Positions 24,296-32,000 of a stretch of DNA of 32,000 nt are shown here, in pieces (the first letter of the stretch is position 1; each line of letters opens with the position of its first letter). This DNA is from an uncultured Opitutales bacterium (GTDB lineage Bacteria; Verrucomicrobiota; Verrucomicrobiia; Opitutales; Intestinicryptomonadaceae). The stretch is from positions 90,001-122,000 of the forward strand of contig CAKTSY010000001.1 of assembly GCA_934613415.1 (NCBI GenBank), in the 5' to 3' direction. The position numbers and the translations under genes are program-made. Below the pieces are notes generated by a model that saw nothing but the letters and a program-made list of their open reading frames with translations, was not told where the DNA came from and ran no database searches.

Positions 24296-27200
24296 ATGAG
24301 CGATAAGAAAGTTTTAGGTTTTGATATGGGTGCAAATTCGATTGGCTGGTGTATGCAGTTAATAAATAACGAATGTAAAACCGTTGATATACTAGGAATG
24401 GGGACAAGAATTTTCGACAATTCGAGAGACCCTAAAACCAATGTTCCATTATCCGTAAAAAAGCGTATGGTTAATGCGGCGTCCGTACGGCGAAATCGAC
24501 AAATTATGCGCACAAAAAACGTATGCAAAATTCTCAGAAAATTCGGGTTATTACCAAAAGACGAAAAAAGTAGTGTATCCAAACGAAACCCATATAAACT
24601 AAGGGCAAAAGCAGTAAAAGAAAAGATAGATTTATTCGGCATAGGTCGCATTATTTTACATATAAATAAGCGCAGAGGCTTCAAATCTAACCGTAAAATA
24701 GATAAACGCGCCGACGACAAAGAAACCAAAGGGATGAAGGCCGGCATATCTAGACTGCGCGAAATGCTAAAAGATAAAACTCTGGGCGAATTTTTATACG
24801 AGAGAAAAATTGCAGGTAGTTCGGTAAGAATGAGGGCCAATGTAATAAAAAACAAAAATGAATATGAGATATATGCCGAACGCGATATGTACGAAACAGA
24901 ATTGGCAAAAATATGGGAGACACAAAAGAAATTTCACCCTTGCCTAACAGACGACATGTACAGGGAAATATCTAACGCAGTATTTTTCCAACGTCAATTA
25001 AAAGTTCCCGAAAGAGGCTTTTGTCAATTTGAACATACAGAACACCGCGGGTATAAAGCATATCCTATTTTCCAAAAGTTTAGAATTTTGCAGGAGATTA
25101 ATGCACTAGAAATTATTGATATCAATGCAAGCAATGAAAATAAGCTTTCTGTTGAAGAGAAACAAAAACTGGCAAATGCCCTACTTTACAACGACAATAA
25201 ACTTGTTGATAAAAAACAATTTGCAAAATTTTCCAAAATCAAAAAATTTTTAAATATACCCGATACATTTAGTTTTAATTTCGAAAGCGAGAATCGCAAA
25301 GGACTCTATGGCAATTTAACAGATGCTGTTATGGCATCAAACAAATGTTTCGGCGAAAGTTGGCGTAATATAGACGATACAATTAGAGAAAAATTGATAG
25401 ACCTTGTAATGGCTGACAATGAACAAGGATTCATTGCATTGTGTTTTGAACACTTTAAAATAGAAAAAGAAGAGGCAAAAAATATCCTTAATGAATGCTT
25501 TGATTTAACCGACGGAACCGCATCGTTATCTTCATTGGCTATGCATAAAATTGTTCCTTTTTTAGAAAAAGGCGAATTATACCACAATGCTTGTGCCTTA
25601 GCTGGCTATGATTTTAACGTCAATTATAATGGCGAAAAATTCGACGAACTGCCATATTATGGGAAAATTTTAAAAACCGCCGTACTTGGTGGAAATCCAA
25701 ACTTCGATCCCGAGACATTCCCAGAAAAGCACTATGGAAAAATCAATAATCCCACCGTACACGTTGCACTAAATCAGTTACGCAAACTCTACAACAAAAT
25801 TATTTCTGTTTATGGGAAACCAGACAGAATTGTAATTGAAACTGCCAGAGAATTACCTATGGGGCAAGAATCGTTAAAAGGTCTCCTTTCGGAACAAAAA
25901 GAAAATACAAAAAAGAACAAGGAAATTGCCGAAAAATTAAAAGAATTAGGAGAATCCAACACCCCAGAAAACAGAATGAAATATAAGTTGTGGGAAGACC
26001 TAAGCGAGGATATTGCAAAAAGAATTTGTCCGTTTTGTGGAGAAAAGAAAATTGAGGCAAAAAATTTATTTACACCGGAATTTGAAATAGAGCATTTATT
26101 GCCATTTTCCGAAACTTTTGACGATTCGAGGGCAAACAAAGTAATTTCTTGCGCTAGCTGCAATAGAGTTTTTAAAGGACAACGCACACCCTACGAAGCA
26201 TTTGCAAACCGCGAAAAATATAGTTGGGATGGAATCATGGCAAGAGTATCTTTGATGCCAAAGTCAAAACAATGGAGATTCCGCCCAGATGCAATGGAAA
26301 TATTCCGCGAAAAATACGGTGACTTTACTCAACGTATGCTAAACGACACAAGATATATGTCGAAAGTTGCAAGAGAATATTTTACCTCAGTAATTGACGC
26401 GAATAATATTATTACCGTTCCAGGGCAAATTACTGCAATGTTGCGAAAGGAATGGGGGTTAAATGACATATTAAGACCCACTCCTCTAACGGAAAGCAAT
26501 AAGCAAGACAAAACGCTAATGGAAATTGTCAGCGAAACAACAACAGAAAATGATGAGGATGAATCTGACGAAGACAGCGACAAAACGAAAGGCAAAAAGA
26601 AATACCGCGGAGATAATAGACACCATGCAATAGACGCATTTGTAATTTCTTCAGTCAACCGCAACTTAATATCAAAAATTTCAGAAGCATCTAAGATGGC
26701 TGAAAAAGCTGGTTTAAATGATTTGTTAAAACAAATTCCAAAACCATTTTCAACTAACTATATAACTTACGATACTTTTAGAAAAAAAGTTTTATCAATA
26801 GTAGTTTCGCATAAGCTTGATAGAGGTGATGTAAAAACAGCGATAAAAAACCATAAAACTGTTGCGAAATTACACAACGATACAGCATTGGGGAAAATTG
26901 GCAACGAAATTGACGGAAAAATAACAATTGTAAAACGTGTGCCTTTAAATTCCATAGAATGCACAGATAAAGATATATCGGAAATCGCAACGCCAAAAAT
27001 TCGCAATGAACTTTTAAGCATATACGAATCGATATATTCAGATTCAAGCATTAAAGATTTGCCTGAGAAAAAACAAAAAAATGCGATAAAGGATATGTGG
27101 GCAAAAAAGTTAGATGAATACTGCAATGCCAATAAGATTAGACGTGTTAGAATACATATAAAAAACCGTGAAATAAAAAAGCTTGTTCCTATTGCAGACA

Positions 27201-27598
27201 AAAACGGTGTTATCTATAAGTATATGGAAAATGCTGAATCGTATTGTATGGACATATATGATACAGGAAGCGGCAAATGGCAATTTGAGGTTATAAATAT
27301 GTTCGATGCCCATAAAAACAAAATGCCCCAATGGAGAAAAAACAATCCCCACGCAAAACTTATTATGCGTTTGTTTAAACGCGACGCGATTGCCTACGAG
27401 GAAAACGGCGAATATAAAATTGCTATAATTAAGAATGTAGCTACTCACGGACAGATAGGCATTCTTCCGCCAAGCGTTGCAAAAGTTGATGGCAATGTTC
27501 CAAAAAAAATTCCATCTGCCTTACAAGAATTGAACGCTCGCAAAGTTTATATAGATGAAATTGGCCGCGTATTTGACGCTTACAAAAATAAGAAATGA
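24296..27598 (+). CDS. cas9: Cas9, type II-C (1100 aa from MSDKKVLGFDMG)
   Basis: RuvC-I GFDMGANSIGW. RuvC-II IVIETAREL. HNH EIEHLLPFSETFDDSRANKV...NRVFKGQRTPYEAF. RuvC-III NRHHAIDAFV. Arg-rich bridge helix RRNRQIMRTKN. Followed directly by cas1 and cas2, with no csn2 or cas4. Confidence 0.95.
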   Translation: MSDKKVLGFDMGANSIGWCMQLINNECKTVDILGMGTRIFDNSRDPKTNVPLSVKKRMVNAASVRRNRQIMRTKNVCKILRKFGLLPKDEKSSVSKRNPYKLRAKAVKEKIDLFGIGRIILHINKRRGFKSNRKIDKRADDKETKGMKAGISRLREMLKDKTLGEFLYERKIAGSSVRMRANVIKNKNEYEIYAERDMYETELAKIWETQKKFHPCLTDDMYREISNAVFFQRQLKVPERGFCQFEHTEHRGYKAYPIFQKFRILQEINALEIIDINASNENKLSVEEKQKLANALLYNDNKLVDKKQFAKFSKIKKFLNIPDTFSFNFESENRKGLYGNLTDAVMASNKCFGESWRNIDDTIREKLIDLVMADNEQGFIALCFEHFKIEKEEAKNILNECFDLTDGTASLSSLAMHKIVPFLEKGELYHNACALAGYDFNVNYNGEKFDELPYYGKILKTAVLGGNPNFDPETFPEKHYGKINNPTVHVALNQLRKLYNKIISVYGKPDRIVIETARELPMGQESLKGLLSEQKENTKKNKEIAEKLKELGESNTPENRMKYKLWEDLSEDIAKRICPFCGEKKIEAKNLFTPEFEIEHLLPFSETFDDSRANKVISCASCNRVFKGQRTPYEAFANREKYSWDGIMARVSLMPKSKQWRFRPDAMEIFREKYGDFTQRMLNDTRYMSKVAREYFTSVIDANNIITVPGQITAMLRKEWGLNDILRPTPLTESNKQDKTLMEIVSETTTENDEDESDEDSDKTKGKKKYRGDNRHHAIDAFVISSVNRNLISKISEASKMAEKAGLNDLLKQIPKPFSTNYITYDTFRKKVLSIVVSHKLDRGDVKTAIKNHKTVAKLHNDTALGKIGNEIDGKITIVKRVPLNSIECTDKDISEIATPKIRNELLSIYESIYSDSSIKDLPEKKQKNAIKDMWAKKLDEYCNANKIRRVRIHIKNREIKKLVPIADKNGVIYKYMENAESYCMDIYDTGSGKWQFEVINMFDAHKNKMPQWRKNNPHAKLIMRLFKRDAIAYEENGEYKIAIIKNVATHGQIGILPPSVAKVDGNVPKKIPSALQELNARKVYIDEIGRVFDAYKNKK

Positions 27599-28518
27599 AA
27601 GAATGCCAAATAGTTGAAATTGAAAACGATGCTAGATTTATTGGCGTCGAACGCGGTTTTTTAGTTATAAAAAATTTAGGAACAGAAATTGGCCGTATAC
27701 CGCTTGATTCTATTTGTGCCGTAGTTTGCACCGCAAACTATGGCACAGTAAGTACACAAACAATATCTGCTTTGTCGGAATATAATATACCGCTTGTTGT
27801 ATGCAACAAACGTACAAAAACGCCAACTTGCGTGCTAATTCCTTTAGCCTACAATTGGCGTCAAGGCGATATAATGGAGGCGCAAGCTTTTTGCACTCAT
27901 AGCAAAAAGAAACTAGTTTGGAAAACCATTGTAAAAGCAAAACTTTTACAACAATCTCAAGTTTTAAAATATTTAAATAAACCTTTTGAATTAATTAAAA
28001 ACTTATCTGATATGGTTAAAGCAGGCGACCCCGAAAATATTGAAGGCAGAGGTGCAAACGCATATTGGAAAATATTGATGGGACAATCTTTTAGGCGCAA
28101 TAGGGACGACGAAAACGAAAATATATTATTTAATTATGGTTATACAATTTTACGAGCGGCAACAATAAGAGCAATTTGTGCTGCCGGTTTAAACCCAAGC
28201 ATTGGGGTACACCACTGCTCTTCTACAAACCAAGCCAGACTAGCAGACGATTTAATGGAATCGTTTAGACCTTTTGTAGACATAAAAGTTTTTGAAATTT
28301 GCCAAGACGGCGACTCGGAACTTAACAAAGAAAATAAGAAAAAATTAAGTTCGGTTTTAACGGATAGGTATTTTAGAAAAGAAAAAATAACGAGCGTTCA
28401 ACAAATGCTGTACGACACCGCTATAGATTTTGCAAAGTTTTGCTCAAACGAAATAACAGAATTTAAAATCGATATAGTAAAAAGCAAAAACCTATGCAAT
28501 ACGAACAATGGAACTTAG
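27595..28518 (+). CDS. cas1: Cas1 (type II module)
   Basis: 307 aa. The ATG overlaps the cas9 stop (ATGA). Motifs NILFNYGYTILRAATIRAI and GVHHCSSTNQARLADDLMESFRP. Confidence 0.9.
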   Translation: MKECQIVEIENDARFIGVERGFLVIKNLGTEIGRIPLDSICAVVCTANYGTVSTQTISALSEYNIPLVVCNKRTKTPTCVLIPLAYNWRQGDIMEAQAFCTHSKKKLVWKTIVKAKLLQQSQVLKYLNKPFELIKNLSDMVKAGDPENIEGRGANAYWKILMGQSFRRNRDDENENILFNYGYTILRAATIRAICAAGLNPSIGVHHCSSTNQARLADDLMESFRPFVDIKVFEICQDGDSELNKENKKKLSSVLTDRYFRKEKITSVQQMLYDTAIDFAKFCSNEITEFKIDIVKSKNLCNTNNGT

Positions 28519-28837
28519 TGGTTATAAACTTATGTGGATGATGGTTATGTTTGATTTACCGACGGCTACAACCCAAGAACGCAAACAGTACTCGGATTTC
28601 AGAAATATGCTATTGGATAATGGGTTTAGTATGTCCCAATACTCGGTATATTTTAGATTTTGCGGAGAAAGAGAATGTTGCGCAAAATATGTCAGAAAAA
28701 TAAAGATGTCGGCTCCGCCAGAAGGAGATATTTCAATATTGTTTTTTACGGATAAACAATTTGGACAAATTATAAACATAATAAAAAGAAAATTTGTTAG
28801 ACCTAAGAATACACCCGAACAATTACAACTTTTTTAA
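28508..28837 (+). CDS. cas2: Cas2 (type II module)
   Basis: 109 aa. LMWMMVMFDLPT...FRNMLLDNGFSMSQYSVYFRFC is typical of type II Cas2. Overlaps the cas1 end. Confidence 0.85.
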   Translation: MELSGYKLMWMMVMFDLPTATTQERKQYSDFRNMLLDNGFSMSQYSVYFRFCGERECCAKYVRKIKMSAPPEGDISILFFTDKQFGQIINIIKRKFVRPKNTPEQLQLF

Positions 28838-28848
28838 AGCATAAAAAA

Positions 28849-28885
28849 ACTCCCATAATCTTCAAAAAAATGGGAGTTTTTATTT
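28849..28885 (+). terminator. Terminator after the II-C cas operon
   Basis: Stem ACTCCCA (28849-55) / TGGGAGT (28871-77) followed by TTTTTATTT. Confidence 0.6.
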
Positions 28886-28934
28886 CATGTAATAGCACAT
28901 AACTCGGTAAAACACACATAGTTATAAATGCTAA

Positions 28935-29959
28935 ATTGTAGAAATCAAAGAACTGTAGTCAATCCGCAACAAATATTATGAAATACTATATTGTAAAAAA
29001 ATTGTAGAAATCAAAGAACTGTAGTCAATCCGCAACACCTTGGGTGCTCAATTCGAAAACCCAATTATTGTAGAAATCAAAGAACTGTAGTCAATCCGCA
29101 ACCGACAAGCACAATTACAAAGGGCAAATGGAATTGTAGAAATCAAAGAACTGTAGTCAATCCGCAACGATATTTCTTTTTTGTTATCGGCTACTTTGAT
29201 TGTAGAAATCAAAGAACTGTAGTCAATCCGCAACCAACATAACCCGTTCGACATTGATACTGTCATTGTAGAAATCAAAGAACTGTAGTCAATCCGCAAC
29301 TGAAAAAATGAACACAAATTTAGATATAAATTGTAGAAATCAAAGAACTGTAGTCAATCCGCAACAACAGGCAGTTTTCGTTTACCGCCTGCGAGATTGT
29401 AGAAATCAAAGAACTGTAGTCAATCCGCAACGTTATCGAGGACTATGACAAGCAACAAATTATTGTAGAAATCAAAGAACTGTAGTCAATCCGCAACGTT
29501 ATCGAGGACTATGACAAGCAACAAATTATTGTAGAAATCAAAGAACTGTAGTCAATCCGCAACCAAGTATAAATTTTATTCGCTGTGGCAGCGATTGTAG
29601 AAATCAAAGAACTGTAGTCAATCCGCAACCTATGTACAGAACACCCGTCCGGGAGATACATTGTAGAAATCAAAGAACTGTAGTCAATCCGCAACGAACG
29701 TGCACTACATAAAGCAACAAAACAGATTGTAGAAATCAAAGAACTGTAGTCAATCCGCAACCGAAGAACCTAAGGTTGAATTTTTGTCGCAATTGTAGAA
29801 ATCAAAGAACTGTAGTCAATCCGCAACTTATAAGCTTGTTGACGTTGTTTTAGTATTATTGTAGAAATCAAAGAACTGTAGTCAATCCGCAACTCATTTT
29901 TTGCTTGACGCCCCTTTTTAAAAATTGTAGAAATCAAAGAACTGTAGTAATTTCAGAAA
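28935..29959 (-). CRISPR. Type II-C CRISPR array: 16 repeats of 36 bp (last one degenerate), 15 spacers of 29-30 bp
   Basis: Plus-strand repeat ATTGTAGAAATCAAAGAACTGTAGTCAATCCGCAAC. Minus-sense repeat GTTGCGGATTGACTACAGTTCTTTGATTTCTACAAT. The repeat at 29924-29959 keeps only the first 25 nt in plus sense. Spacers 8 and 9 are identical. The minus orientation is preferred (TTGACT-N16-TACAAT in every repeat; ends in TACAAT like Neisseria II-C repeats) but is not proven. Confidence 0.95.
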
Positions 29960-29985
29960 AAGACCGCAAGTGCGGTCTTTTTTTA
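29956..29985. terminator. Bidirectional terminator between the array and the convergent hydrolase gene
   Basis: AAAAA-AGACCGC-AAGT-GCGGTCT-TTTTTTT. Confidence 0.7.
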
Positions 29986-29999
29986 TTTATTTATTTGTT

Positions 30000-31283
30000 T
30001 TATTTTCTTTTGGGCATTTCGTCGACAATGTTGCCGGTTTTTAGCATTTCGCTGATTTTCGAAGCCAAAAATAGGTAGTGGTCTTCGGCAACGCCTTCGG
30101 TGCCTACAAATGGGCAGCCTTCCGCTACGGGCGGTTCTTTACGGAGTTTGAATATTGCGGTAGCTTCGTCTATTTCGTCGAACATCGAAATATATATCAT
30201 ATTTGCGCCGCCTTCTACAGCCTCTTTGCCCATTTCCCAGAAAAACTTTCCGCCAAGTCTTGGCACTTTGTTAAGCTGCGAAGATTTCACAAATTTGGGA
30301 TTGTTTTTCATCTTATTATGCCACGAAAAACCCGCATAAATTGTGGGCATATACGAAATATTGTTTTTGGTGCACCACTCTACGTCGTCGGAAACAACAT
30401 CGGCAAAAATATTTTTCTTAGCCATCATTTTGCCTTCTTTTTTATTATAGTTATAACGCCCAACATTCCACGGAGAAACAATGTCGGCATATTTTTTAAG
30501 GAAATCGTGCAAATAGGGTTTTGCCTTAGAGCAGTCGCCATCGGCCTTCCTAAAGCCAGCACCAGTGCCAATCATAATAGAGCAGTTGCCGTAAACGGGA
30601 TCGTTCTTCAAAAAGTCCAGGAACTTAACTAAGTCGGTATCCTGCACAAAGTTAAGCCTGTCGTTAAGCCCTATTCCCCATATACATACAAGGGGCTTGC
30701 CGTTATGGAAAACGTAGGTATCTTTAGAAGTAAGCGCCAATTCGTCGAGCAGCATTTTCCAGTCTTTAATAAGGCCGTCGGCGACTTTTTTGCCGCCCAT
30801 ACCGCTTAAGTCGTACATTACAATCATACCGACTTTATATTTTTGCGAAGCCTTCATGCAGTTGCCCATAATTTTTACCCAGTCTTGCCAATCGGCTCCC
30901 TTGCGGGTTGTATGGTAGTAAAATCTCTGCACAAAGGCTGCGTCAATGCCGTATTCTTTCATCCACTTAAAGTGCAAGTCGCTTGTAGAATAGTCAAGCG
31001 AGCTGAACATTTGAGCGGGTTTGCCGTCTTTTTCCAAAAATTTTGTATCGTAGGTTTTTTCGTATTCGCGCATATCCGGCCACATATCAACCCTGCAAGT
31101 TTCCGGGTCGTACAGCCTAAAAAGTTTGCCTTTGCCGCCGTCGAGCGGGCATCTAAACCAAGCCTGATATCCCGTAACCAAAAGCTTGTCGCAACTTTTA
31201 AATATGGGCGTTGTTGTGTGTTTGCTCTGTGCAAAGGCCGAAATTGCAAATGCGCACAATATTATTGTTAATAATTTTTTCAT
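30000..31283 (-). CDS. Secreted glycoside-hydrolase-like protein (TIM-barrel; family uncertain)
   Basis: Likely start is MKKLLTIILCAFAISAFA (signal peptide) at 31283; the ORF track start at 31343 is probably an over-extension. Motifs DMWPDMREYEKTY and HFKWMKEYGIDAAFVQRF recall carbohydrate-active enzymes. Confidence 0.6.
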   Translation of the reverse strand: MKKLLTIILCAFAISAFAQSKHTTTPIFKSCDKLLVTGYQAWFRCPLDGGKGKLFRLYDPETCRVDMWPDMREYEKTYDTKFLEKDGKPAQMFSSLDYSTSDLHFKWMKEYGIDAAFVQRFYYHTTRKGADWQDWVKIMGNCMKASQKYKVGMIVMYDLSGMGGKKVADGLIKDWKMLLDELALTSKDTYVFHNGKPLVCIWGIGLNDRLNFVQDTDLVKFLDFLKNDPVYGNCSIMIGTGAGFRKADGDCSKAKPYLHDFLKKYADIVSPWNVGRYNYNKKEGKMMAKKNIFADVVSDDVEWCTKNNISYMPTIYAGFSWHNKMKNNPKFVKSSQLNKVPRLGGKFFWEMGKEAVEGGANMIYISMFDEIDEATAIFKLRKEPPVAEGCPFVGTEGVAEDHYLFLASKISEMLKTGNIVDEMPKRK

Positions 31284-31302
31284 TGTCATACAAAATAAAG
31301 CG

Positions 31303-31446
31303 TTAAGACAAATACTGTTGCATAGTTTCGCAATTTTGGCCAAAAAAACCTTTCGAAATTGTTACTCCCCTGTCGTCGGTAGATGTACACCCCGAAAAAA
31401 CTACGGCCAACGCTGCCAAAACTAACATAATCTTTATAATTTTCAT
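31303..31446 (-). CDS. Small lipoprotein (47 aa)
   Basis: MKIIKIMLVLAALAVVFSGC has a lipobox. Lies immediately upstream of the hydrolase-like gene. Confidence 0.4.
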   Translation of the reverse strand: MKIIKIMLVLAALAVVFSGCTSTDDRGVTISKGFFGQNCETMQQYLS

Positions 31447-31524
31447 ACAAAACAAGCCTACAAAAAATGCACCCTCTACACAAGGCAATTTTTGGGTGCA
31501 TTTTTAAAAATTTACCGCGCTTAG

Positions 31525-32000
31525 CTACTTTTCGATGGGCGTAATTTCGAAAAACACGGCACTATTTCCGCAAAATGTATGGCTTAAATCTATAACGCCG
31601 TTTTCGCCCACTTTTACCGTTTTTACCTCAGGCTCTATCTTAGACATCTTTACGTATTTTGGCCTCAGCTTTTCCATATACAACTTGTGGTTTTTCTTGT
31701 CGCACCAAGCCCTCGGCAAGTCTAGCTGCACGCTTTCGGGAGACCATGTAAAGTCGCTATCCTTTAATTTGTAGATTTTGCGGTCTTTTTTAAACTCGTC
31801 GCAAAAATTGCTTTTATAGTCCATTGTCAGCGTAGAAATTTTCACCTCCTTGCCAGCAAATTGCGGGGCCAAAATGCGCCATTGCGACGGAAGCTCGAAA
31901 CGGTCGTTATAGGTTTGCTTTAAAGAATAGCCCATAATGCGCAGGGTGTTTGCCTTTTTGTCGAAGCCTGCAAAGCCGTTTACTTCGTGCCCCTGTGTTT
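31525..32000 (-). CDS. C-terminal part of a larger protein (N-terminus outside window)
   Basis: The minus-strand frame stays open from 31935 to the window edge (...TQGHEVNGFAGFDKKANTLRIMGYSLK...). No family recognised. Confidence 0.5.
   Translation of the reverse strand, partial: TQGHEVNGFAGFDKKANTLRIMGYSLKQTYNDRFELPSQWRILAPQFAGKEVKISTLTMDYKSNFCDEFKKDRKIYKLKDSDFTWSPESVQLDLPRAWCDKKNHKLYMEKLRPKYVKMSKIEPEVKTVKVGENGVIDLSHTFCGNSAVFFEITPIEK

Noticed and set aside
29048-29760. Minus-strand ORFs with reiterated LRIDYSSLISTI peptides
   Set aside because: Translation of the II-C repeats, not coding sequence.
21141-29923. Self-targeting or cross-targeting spacers (I-C or II-C spacers matching the phage-like cluster, the other CRISPR locus or anything else in the window)
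   Set aside because: No match noticed on visual comparison of the 31 spacers with the window. This is weak negative evidence and needs BLASTN against the whole genome and phage databases.

Overview
AT-rich bacterial chromosomal window. Housekeeping and envelope genes flank a CRISPR-rich island. The left part (1-9.3 kb) holds a squalene-hopene cyclase 3' end, several secreted or glycoside-hydrolase-like proteins, a FadL-family porin, an EamA transporter, tRNA-Cys and murB. A four-gene phage-tail-fibre-like remnant (9.4-12.4 kb) abuts tRNA-Pro. To the right of tRNA-Pro lies a complete type I-C locus on the minus strand: cas3-cas5-cas8c-cas7-cas4-cas1-cas2, 13.2-20.7 kb. Its 17-repeat array and leader sit upstream of cas3 (21.1-22.3 kb), not downstream of cas2, and cas3 carries an in-frame TAG just after the Walker A motif. 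Next comes about 1.9 kb with no convincing ORF (22.4-24.05 kb). It is packed with hairpin plus T-tract units that all face the plus strand. Three of these units are paralogous, about 100 nt each, with compensatory stem changes and a hairpin/tail resembling the I-C repeat. I consider this the best candidate for something undescribed, but function is pure inference. A type II-C locus follows: a candidate tracrRNA (about 24.06-24.18 kb), cas9 (1100 aa), cas1, cas2 and a 16-repeat array (28.9-30.0 kb). Each II-C repeat contains TTGACT-N16-TACAAT on the minus strand, which suggests Neisseria-style repeat-internal promoters. The anti-repeat complementarity is concentrated on the unexpected half of the repeat, so array and tracrRNA orientation is not fully settled. 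The right end encodes a secreted glycoside hydrolase-like protein, a small lipoprotein and a partial gene. All calls come from reading the sequence and recalled motifs; no searches were run.
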